A DNA stretch of 22,861 bases from positions 1 through 22,861 of the forward strand of contig JBDQPD010000053.1 in NCBI GenBank assembly GCA_040260805.1, read 5' to 3'. Source of the DNA: Myxococcota bacterium (GTDB lineage: Bacteria > Myxococcota > UBA4151). Position 1 is the stretch's first letter. The number at the start of each line of letters is the position of its first letter. Of the stretch, positions 15,217 through 22,660 are shown piece after piece. Made by a program: the position numbers and the translations under genes. The notes below the pieces were generated by a model, which saw only the letters and a program-made list of their open reading frames with translations, was not told the origin of the DNA and ran no database searches.

Positions 15217-16902
15217 CTAAAAGTCAGGGTGGCTTGAGAACCAGTGCCCAGCGCGCTGGATGGGTTGGGCTTGGTCGAGCGTAAACGCCGCCCGAACAAG
15301 CGTCCCTTCAGCAAACGCGCTGCCCATCAATTGCAGGCCGATCGGTAGCCCGGCTTGATCATAGCCAACCGGGCAGGTCACCGCAGGAAGCCCGGTCAGA
15401 TTAGCCAACACGGCGTAGCGCATGAGGGCATCAAGCACCACGAGGTCAGACTCGCCGCTGGTCGCAGCGACCTTGGAGATCGGCGGCGCCGTTCGCGCCG
15501 TCGTGGGTGTCGCCAGGACATCGACCTGATCAAGAAGCCGAGCCGTCTCAGCGGCGATGCGATGCCGCAAGCGCTGAGCGTGAACGTAGTCTTTGCTCTT
15601 GAGAAATCGAGCCAGCGCAAAGTTCATCCGAACGTCGAGTCCATAGTCGGATCGTCGCTCCTTGTACTGCGAGCCTTGGGCAGCCAGCATCTCTGAGATG
15701 ATGGTCACCATATGGGTGAGCCTGGTCAGGTCCGGCGCAAACACCTTAACCTCAACCAGTTCAGCGCCGGCGCTGACCATCGCTTGGAGCCCCTGATGGC
15801 AGCTTGCGACGATGTCTTCGCTCGCGTCTTCAAACCAGGGCTTACAGATCCCAACTTTGATCCCGGATAAATCGGTCTGATTGGCTGCGCTTAGATCACA
15901 TGGGGGTCGACCCATCGACATCGGATCGGCTTCATCGGCGCCGCTCATCACCGCTAAGCCCAGCGCTAAGTCGGCAGGGTTCGATGCCATCGGCCCTAAA
16001 TGCGCCACGCTCCAACACAGCTCGGCGACACCGGTCTCACTGATCCGACCAAAGGTGGGTTTGAGACCGTAGATGCCACATAAGGAGGCGGGGATCCGAA
16101 TGGATCCGCCGCCATCGGCTCCAAGGGCTAATGGGCACAGACCCGATGCTACAGCGGCTCCCGAACCACTGGACGAGCCTCCGGTTGCATGGCCTGGAGC
16201 ATAGGGGTTTCGGGCTGGGCCATGATGGGTATTGATCCCGGTCACCCCTAAACCCAGCTCGTGCATATTGGCTTTGCCGATCAGCAAAGCGCCTGCTGAC
16301 CTGAGGCGAGTGATCACATGGGCGTCGGCGGTCGCCGGTTCGTGACCTAAGAATGCGGTGCCGACCGTGGTGCCGTAGGGCAGCATATCGAGTTCATCTT
16401 TGACCGCGACCGGTATGCCATCGAGCGGACTCAACGGAGTGCCCGCCTTCCAGCGTTCATCTGAGGCTTGAGCCTGGCGCATCACGTCATCGGCATTTTG
16501 CGCAATGATGGCACGAAGGGCAGGGGTTGCATGATTCGAAGCCTTCGTTTGATTCACGACTCGATCGGCGACCTGGGATGGAGTGAGCGCGCCGCTGACA
16601 TAGGACTCTCGATAATCTGCGCTCGTTGGAGTGGGTCTTGAGGCGTTGAGCTTAAACAGAGCCTCGCAGGCTTCGACGCTGGTCTCTTGATAGTCGATGG
16701 TTGGCTCAAGACGATTTGGTAGCTGCGGATGACCGCCATCTGCGGGCTCTTTATTAAGATCCGGCAAGCCCAAATCACTCAGTGTTTTACTGGCGATAAG
16801 TCCGCCGATACCGGGTGTTTCGAGGAGGTGACAGACGAGCCTCAATAAGCCGCCGCTCAGGCGTGGAGCTTTGACTGGCCGGCGTGTATAGTTGCTGTTC
16901 AT
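15217..16902 (-). CDS. Amidase-signature enzyme, fatty acid amide hydrolase (plant FAAH)-like
   Basis: Triad motifs PVAVKD, GGSSSGS and GADGGGSIRIP, plus GKANMHE and GLPIGLQL. GGGAG RBS before ATG 16902 gives 561 aa. Confidence 0.93.
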   Translation of the reverse strand: MNSNYTRRPVKAPRLSGGLLRLVCHLLETPGIGGLIASKTLSDLGLPDLNKEPADGGHPQLPNRLEPTIDYQETSVEACEALFKLNASRPTPTSADYRESYVSGALTPSQVADRVVNQTKASNHATPALRAIIAQNADDVMRQAQASDERWKAGTPLSPLDGIPVAVKDELDMLPYGTTVGTAFLGHEPATADAHVITRLRSAGALLIGKANMHELGLGVTGINTHHGPARNPYAPGHATGGSSSGSGAAVASGLCPLALGADGGGSIRIPASLCGIYGLKPTFGRISETGVAELCWSVAHLGPMASNPADLALGLAVMSGADEADPMSMGRPPCDLSAANQTDLSGIKVGICKPWFEDASEDIVASCHQGLQAMVSAGAELVEVKVFAPDLTRLTHMVTIISEMLAAQGSQYKERRSDYGLDVRMNFALARFLKSKDYVHAQRLRHRIAAETARLLDQVDVLATPTTARTAPPISKVAATSGESDLVVLDALMRYAVLANLTGLPAVTCPVGYDQAGLPIGLQLMGSAFAEGTLVRAAFTLDQAQPIQRAGHWFSSHPDF

Positions 16903-16969
16903 AAGATCTCCCGAGGGTCTTCTTTTGACCGGCGAGCGGGGTACGCTGCAAGGCTCTGAATTTGAGATG

Positions 16970-16998
16970 TTGCGAGGCTGCCCTTGCAGCCACATACT
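16970..16998 (+). promoter_or_regulatory. Putative sigma70-type promoter of the lipoprotein/cytochrome operon with an inverted repeat in its spacer
   Basis: TTGCGA (16970-16975), 17 nt, CATACT (16993-16998). The spacer contains GGCTGC-CCTT-GCAGCC (16976-16991). Confidence 0.45.
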
Positions 16999-17021
16999 AG
17001 CACTTGCCCGGAGGAACCAAG

Positions 17022-18071
17022 TTGAAGCTCTGTCTGCATCCATTAGTCGCTGTTGCTGCGTTCCTGCTCGCAGCATGTCCTATGCAGAATTTGGAGCGTC
17101 CAGATGTGGGCTTATCCCATGCGGGCTCAGGCTTAGACGACCCGCAGCAGATTCCGGACTTGGGGCATTCGCTCGTTCGAGACAGCGGGGCTCGAGTGGA
17201 CACTGGCCTCGCTGATCATGATGCTGGCGCTCCCAACGACGCAGGGCGGGTCGTAGCCGACGCAGCGAGTGGTGACCTGGGCGCTCAACCGGCTGACGCC
17301 GCAGGGCTTGATGGAGGTGAAACATCGGGTGATGCAGCGCTTGGTGTCGACGCCGCCCCTGTTGATTTGGATGTTGGTCAGCGGGTCGATGGTGGGGTCG
17401 AAGCTGACGCCGGTGCGCCGGGCGATGCTGGGTTTACACATGCTCAGATCACCGGGACGGTCTTTGATATTCTGACAAGGCGTGGGCTGATCGGTGTCGA
17501 GGTCTGTGTTCGAAACCAACAGCCGCAATACCCTTGCGCGACCACAGCAGGTGGCGGTCAGTTCACCATGCGCGCCCCAGCCAACGCAGACGTTGAACTG
17601 GTTTACACCGGCGGCAACCCAGCAATTTTGCCGACGATTGTGCACCTTCGATTACCGCTGGGTCCGAGCACTTGGAACGTCGGCGTTTTGGCGGCGACCA
17701 TGGTCCCTCAGCTGGCGACGATGTTGGGTCAGCAGCTTGACCCGACCAAAGGTCATGTGAGCTTTACCGTGGGTACCGCGGGTAATGTCGGCTTAGCTGG
17801 AGTGACGGGCGCGATTGCCCCTGTTTCGGGCGCAGGTCCGTTTTATTTGGCGGCGAACGGCTTTCCGGATCGCAACGCGACGCGGACCTCAAGCAATGGC
17901 ACTGGCGCCTTAATCAACGTCAATCCGGGCACGATCAATGTCTCGATTACGCCGCCAAACACCCATGACTGCCTTCCCTACAGTATTGCGGTTCGCCAAG
18001 GAAACGCTTGGCGAGTTCCGGTCGTCGCCGGGCATTTGAGCATCGCCGTCTTTGAATGTACGGCTCGCTGA
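17022..18071 (+). CDS. Lipoprotein with Asp/Ala/Gly-rich linker and C-terminal beta-sandwich (carboxypeptidase-regulatory-like) domains
   Basis: GGAGG RBS 7 nt before TTG 17022. MKLCLHPLVAVAAFLLAAC lipobox. Repeated DAG/DGG/DLG units, then ITGTVFD....GLIGVEVC......CATT...GQF. Confidence 0.8.
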   Translation: MKLCLHPLVAVAAFLLAACPMQNLERPDVGLSHAGSGLDDPQQIPDLGHSLVRDSGARVDTGLADHDAGAPNDAGRVVADAASGDLGAQPADAAGLDGGETSGDAALGVDAAPVDLDVGQRVDGGVEADAGAPGDAGFTHAQITGTVFDILTRRGLIGVEVCVRNQQPQYPCATTAGGGQFTMRAPANADVELVYTGGNPAILPTIVHLRLPLGPSTWNVGVLAATMVPQLATMLGQQLDPTKGHVSFTVGTAGNVGLAGVTGAIAPVSGAGPFYLAANGFPDRNATRTSSNGTGALINVNPGTINVSITPPNTHDCLPYSIAVRQGNAWRVPVVAGHLSIAVFECTAR

Positions 18072-18086
18072 TCGAGTGGTGATGCG

Positions 18087-18584
18087 ATGCGATTGGCTCT
18101 GATAGCGACTCTAATGGCTGCGTGCGGACCCTCAACAGCGGTCTTGGAGTTTGTTCCGGTTGAGAGCGTTTATGATTCGCTTGATGCGGGAGCGCGCGGC
18201 GCGCCCTCGTTGCTGGTGGGCTTGGTTGATGACGAACGCTTTGAGGCGCTTGAGGCGGGTCAGGACTTGCCGATCTTAAGGGGCTTTCAAGGCGGGCGAT
18301 GGATTCATGTAGCGCTTCATGTGACGGGCGTGCGCAATCGTGGACGGGTTCAGCTTGAGCTGGACGGTATCGGCACCGCCGCCTACGACATCAAGCTGGT
18401 TCGCCGTGGCGATCTACTCGAGGTTGTTGATTTGCCGATTCCTGTGGGTAGGCAGCCTGAACTCGATGACCGACAGGTGGATGAGCTCGCTGGTCGAGCG
18501 GTGCATTTGAAGGTGACGCTAACGGTCGGTCAGGTTCAGATGTCCCAAGAGCACGACCTCGTTTTGAGCTTAGCTGAACATTGA
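18087..18584 (+). CDS. Hypothetical lipoprotein (165 aa)
   Basis: MRLALIATLMAAC lipobox. F..L..GQ.LPI.RGFQGG.WIH segment. Stop overlaps the next start (TTGA). Confidence 0.78.
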   Translation: MRLALIATLMAACGPSTAVLEFVPVESVYDSLDAGARGAPSLLVGLVDDERFEALEAGQDLPILRGFQGGRWIHVALHVTGVRNRGRVQLELDGIGTAAYDIKLVRRGDLLEVVDLPIPVGRQPELDDRQVDELAGRAVHLKVTLTVGQVQMSQEHDLVLSLAEH

Positions 18585-20755
18585 GAAGTCTCGCCGCCTG
18601 CATGGTGTTGCTGACCGCGTGCAACACCGAACCACCGTCTGTTCAAGTGACCGTCGCTCGAAGCGGATGCTTGAGTTGTCATCGCCCGCTTGACGGTCAA
18701 GGGATGGCGCATGGGATCGAGGCGATGCACCCGCTGGTTGAGGGTAAGGAGCTAACCTGCGTTCGGTGTCATGGTGGCGATCCGACCTCGGATCGGTTGA
18801 GTCAGGCGCATGTAGCGCCCGCAATTGATGATCCATTGGACCTGCGTAAGCTGAGCCACGGCGAGCTCGACACCGTCAGCAAAGACTACCTACGGTTTAT
18901 TAATCCGGGTGACTTGCGAGTCGCCGATGCGGCCTGCGGTGAGGGATGCCATCAAGAGACGGTCGACGCGGTGAAGACCAGCTCGATGGCGATCAAGAGC
19001 AGCAGCTTTGCAGCCGGGCGCTACCGTGCAGGTCAGCAGCGCTCCTCCAAGGCGCTCAAAGCCATACGCGACGCAACCAATCCACGCTTTGCGGTGGGCG
19101 AGCGCGCCGGCACTGTGGGCGCGGTTGCCAAGCTTGATGAGCCAAGAATCAATGGTGAGGAGGACCGACTGGGTCCCTATTACGATCTGTTTTTAACCAA
19201 AGAGTGCAGCGGCTGCCATCTGTACCGCTTTTCCGACGAGCAGGTGACGGGAGCCCATCGATCCAGTGGATGCTCGGCTTGTCATGTGAAGTACGACGCA
19301 TCGGGCTTGAGTCAGTCGAGTGACCCGACGGGTGAACCAGAGCGTTTGGGGCGACCGGCGCAGCACCGTATGGTCACTAAGCCAGGTAACGAGATGTGTA
19401 CCACCTGCCACCAAGCAGGCGGCGGGCGTATCGGGTTATCGTCTCAAGGCCTGCGCCAGGCTGCGACACCTGGCCAAGAGGCTGCAGGGGTTGTCTATGC
19501 CCAGGGCGACCGCTGGGGTCTTGCAGGGCAGCTGGTCGAGCGAGAATCCGCTGACGCACATTACGACGCAACGCCAGCAGATGTTCACTTCGAAGCCGGC
19601 ATGCACTGCATTGATTGCCACACCGCAGCTGAGGTTCATGGCGATGGACACCTCTACAGCGGCGGCGGCGCCTCCCTCGAGGTGCAATGCGAAACCTGTC
19701 ACGGCACCGCCGATGCGCAAGCCACCTTCCAGACCCGTCGCGGCACCCTTTTGGAGCACCTGCGACGAGGTGCGGACGGGGAGGTCATCTTGACCTCGAA
19801 AGTGACCGGAAAAGAGCACCGCGTCGCTCAGGTCCAAGACCATATTCAAGCTGCTCCAGCGGGCAGCTTGGTGCACCGGTCTAAGGGACGCGATGAGCGC
19901 GGGTTTTCTCATATGGACCGACTGGATTGCTCGGCTTGTCATTCATCGTGGATTCCCACCTGTTACGGTTGCCACGTCGAGGTGGATATGGCCGATAATC
20001 AGACCAGCCAAGTGACCGGTAATGCGACCTTGGGTAAGGTTCAAAGCAGTCAAAATCGAGTGCGAACCGACGAGTTGATTCTCGCGCTTGATGGTCACGA
20101 TCGAATCAAAGCTTCGATGCCCGCAGATCGTATCTTTGTGACCGCGCACAATGGAGCAGGGCAGCGCATGGTCGACAAACAGCCGCGCCGTACGGTTCAT
20201 GACGCCTCGGGACATGGTCATCGAGCCATCGATCCACACACGACGCGTCGTTGGTCACCCTTTATGAACTGCAAGCGCTGCCATGAAGGTGAGACGGCGC
20301 GATTGGCTGCGGGCTTTGGTACCGATCGTTTCGTGACCACCGACGGCAACGGACGACCTCATCGCCTGGACCAGGTGCAAACCGAAGAGGGCGAGTCGTT
20401 GGTGACTTTTGGTCCCCAGCTTCAGGTGCGCTCAGCGCCCTTGCCCCTCGATGTCATCTCGCGACTCCTCAACCCTGATATTGATTTACCCGAGTGCGAT
20501 GTGGACGCCTCAACCGGGTTGCCCTTCTCGCTGCTGCGCGACCGCTGGCTTGATCCGCACTGCAGCGGTTGCCATGATGGAACGCAACAGCCGGAGCTCG
20601 ATCACGCCACGGTGGTTGCGCAGACCCAAGGCGATGATCTGGTGCAAAGCGCCCTGTGGCGTCTTTTGATTCAAGGCCATCAGCAGAGCCAGTTTGCGCC
20701 CTGTGATCAGCAAGCCTTGAGCGGCTGGTATGGTGGCGGTCGCCGCAACGACTAA
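18581..20755 (+). CDS. Multiheme cytochrome c lipoprotein (11 CxxCH + 1 CxxxCH)
   Basis: TTG start overlapping the upstream stop and lipobox VLLTAC. Motifs in order: CLSCH, CVRCH, CGEGCH, CSGCH, CSACH, CTTCH, CIDCH, CETCH, CSACH, CYGCH, CKRCH, CSGCH. Confidence 0.93.
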   Translation: MRSLAACMVLLTACNTEPPSVQVTVARSGCLSCHRPLDGQGMAHGIEAMHPLVEGKELTCVRCHGGDPTSDRLSQAHVAPAIDDPLDLRKLSHGELDTVSKDYLRFINPGDLRVADAACGEGCHQETVDAVKTSSMAIKSSSFAAGRYRAGQQRSSKALKAIRDATNPRFAVGERAGTVGAVAKLDEPRINGEEDRLGPYYDLFLTKECSGCHLYRFSDEQVTGAHRSSGCSACHVKYDASGLSQSSDPTGEPERLGRPAQHRMVTKPGNEMCTTCHQAGGGRIGLSSQGLRQAATPGQEAAGVVYAQGDRWGLAGQLVERESADAHYDATPADVHFEAGMHCIDCHTAAEVHGDGHLYSGGGASLEVQCETCHGTADAQATFQTRRGTLLEHLRRGADGEVILTSKVTGKEHRVAQVQDHIQAAPAGSLVHRSKGRDERGFSHMDRLDCSACHSSWIPTCYGCHVEVDMADNQTSQVTGNATLGKVQSSQNRVRTDELILALDGHDRIKASMPADRIFVTAHNGAGQRMVDKQPRRTVHDASGHGHRAIDPHTTRRWSPFMNCKRCHEGETARLAAGFGTDRFVTTDGNGRPHRLDQVQTEEGESLVTFGPQLQVRSAPLPLDVISRLLNPDIDLPECDVDASTGLPFSLLRDRWLDPHCSGCHDGTQQPELDHATVVAQTQGDDLVQSALWRLLIQGHQQSQFAPCDQQALSGWYGGGRRND

Positions 20756-20814
20756 CCATGACAATTGTTTGCCGTTCGCGTTTAGACTTAGCGCAGATGG
20801 TTAGTGGAGTGCTT

Positions 20815-21630
20815 ATGGATCGCCAACTGATTGCCCAGAGCTTTCAAGACTTCCGAGAACGTTTGATCGCAACCCTAGAGGGTCTTGAAGCGGAGGTTGG
20901 CTCGTCGGCTCGGTTCAGCCGAAAACCCTGGGATCGTCCTGGGGGCGGGGGCGGCGAGATGGGCTTGATGCATGGGCAGGTCTTCGAAAAGGCGGGCGTG
21001 AATTATTCGCTCGTTAAGGGCGAGTTCTCCGAAGAGTTTGCTCGCTCGATTCCAGGCGCCGAAGAGGATCGTCGGTTTTGGGCGAGCGGGGTCAGCGTCG
21101 TGATTCATCCCGCGAACCCTCATGTCCCTGCAGCGCATATGAACATTCGACATTTGTGCACGACCAAGCGCTGGTTTGGTGGTGGAGCAGATCTGACACC
21201 TGTCTATCCTGATGACTCTGAAACAGCGATTTTCCACGGCGCTTTGAAGGATGCATGTGACGCTGCGGACCCTGCTTACTACCCTGAGTTCAAGGCTTGG
21301 TGTGACCGCTACTTTTACCTGCCGCATCGCGATGAACCTCGCGGCGTTGGCGGGATTTTCTTTGATCAAATGGCGAGCGGAGACCTGGCTGCAGATCATC
21401 GCTTCACGCTCAGTGTGGGCGAGGCTTTTACGAGCGTTTATGAGCAACTAGCCCGAGCCAAAATGGAGCGCCCCTTCTCGGAAGCGGAGCGTCACGACCA
21501 ACTGGTTAAGCGTGGACGCTACGTCGAGTTCAACTTGTTGCACGATCGCGGGACCTTGTTCGGTCTCAAGACCGGGGGCAATATTGAGGCGATCTTGATG
21601 TCGCTGCCGCCGATGGTGAGCTGGCCCTAG
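20815..21630 (+). CDS. hemF: Oxygen-dependent coproporphyrinogen III oxidase
   Basis: Motifs GGGG, VFEKAGVN, FWASGVS..IHP.NP.VP..HMN, WFGGGADLTP, WCDRYF.LPHR.E.RGVGGIF, RGRYVEFNL..DRGT.FGL and ILMSLPP. GGAG RBS before ATG 20815. Confidence 0.97.
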   Translation: MDRQLIAQSFQDFRERLIATLEGLEAEVGSSARFSRKPWDRPGGGGGEMGLMHGQVFEKAGVNYSLVKGEFSEEFARSIPGAEEDRRFWASGVSVVIHPANPHVPAAHMNIRHLCTTKRWFGGGADLTPVYPDDSETAIFHGALKDACDAADPAYYPEFKAWCDRYFYLPHRDEPRGVGGIFFDQMASGDLAADHRFTLSVGEAFTSVYEQLARAKMERPFSEAERHDQLVKRGRYVEFNLLHDRGTLFGLKTGGNIEAILMSLPPMVSWP

Positions 21631-21631
21631 T

Positions 21632-22660
21632 CTACAGCGGACCAATGACTGCGGTGAACGCCCCAGTCGTCAGGGTCGTGAATCCACGCACCGCAAAGTA
21701 GTAGGTGGTCTGAGCAGCGAGCTCGAAGTCGATTCGGCAGTTGGATAGGCTGCCCCCATCATCATTGTCGTCGAGCTCATTGCCCCTGGCATCGAGAAGT
21801 TTGCAGCGCGTATCGATCATCGAGTCAGTCTCCATTCGGTACTGACCCGCTGCCCCGGTGGTAAACCGGAACCAGTCTTCGTCACGCTGAGCCAGCTCGC
21901 CTGCCTCACGAGCAGGTAACTGGACGGTCTGAGCCGTGTTGATATCAGCCCCTTGATCCTCGGGGCCTCGCTCCACACGCAGGCTGTAGTCGCCTGTTCC
22001 CCCAGCCGAGTAATGACGCACCATCACCACGTAGGTTTCGCCTCGTGTCAGCGCCTCTGAGATGCGGCAGTTTCGATCTTCGCCGCCGTCGTCGTTGAGC
22101 GTGATCTGTCTGCCGTTGTTGTCATAGAGCGTGCAGTGGGTATCGATCTGCGAGGTGGTGTAGATGAAGTAGTTCGCTGAAGCGCCGGCGACGAACCGAA
22201 AGTAGTCGTTGTCTTGCGCTACTTCGATGCTGCCTTGGGTGGTGCTGTTCTCCGTGATGCGAGTCGCTGACCCGGCGTCGTTGCCGTGGTCGTCATTACC
22301 GCCGTTGCCGCCACCATTGTTACCGCCTTGTGGTCGGGTAATCACCAAGGTGTAATCACCGGTTCGGTTCAAGAAGCCGTTGACTTGAACTTGGAAGTTG
22401 GCGCCGGCGACTAGGTTGAAGCTGACCTGGCAATTGCTGAGTTCACCGCTGTCATCATCCGTCGCAAGATTGTTTCCATCGGCGGTCATCAGCGAGCACT
22501 GCGTGTCCGTGGTTCCCGTCGTGCCGACCGTGTAGCTGCCGTCGACGGTGCTGCGAAAGCGAAAGACGTCGATATCACCGTCGTAGTTGAGCACGCCCAT
22601 CGTCTGGCTATTGTCCTCGACGTTGGTTGCGGTATCAAAGGTGTTGCCGTGGTCGTCCTC
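21632..22660 (-). repeat. Three ~110-120 aa tandem domain repeats inside the PPC-like CDS
   Basis: Protein-level repeats start at DDHGNTFDTA, DDHGNDAGSA and EDQGADINTA. A 15-bp exact DNA repeat gttgccgtggtcgtc occurs at 22280-22294 and 22643-22657. Confidence 0.8.

Noticed and set aside
16903..17076. 58-aa N-terminal extension of the amidase overlapping the next gene head-to-head
   Set aside because: Good RBS-start pairs at 16902 (minus) and 17022 (plus) leave a normal divergent spacer.
18581..20755. Assigning the cytochrome to NrfA, HAO, MtrA/MtrC or OmcS
   Set aside because: No CxxCK, the heme number and spacing do not match what I know of these families, and partner genes are absent; it cannot be named without a search.
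20758..20814. hemF start at 20758; ATGACA-19-TAGACT and ACAATTGT palindrome
   Set aside because: The RBS supports 20815. The promoter spacing is non-standard and an 8-bp palindrome is not significant alone.
8113..21447. Long alternative-frame or antisense ORFs (e.g. 8113-8574, 8133-8639, 17133-17645, 19320-19793, 19436-19942, 20875-21447)
   Set aside because: Fully nested in well-supported genes, with no recognisable motifs; expected shadow ORFs in GC-rich DNA.
22280..22657. 15-bp direct repeat as a CRISPR or att site
   Set aside because: Only two copies, both encoding DDHGN in repeated protein domains; no cas or integrase genes nearby.
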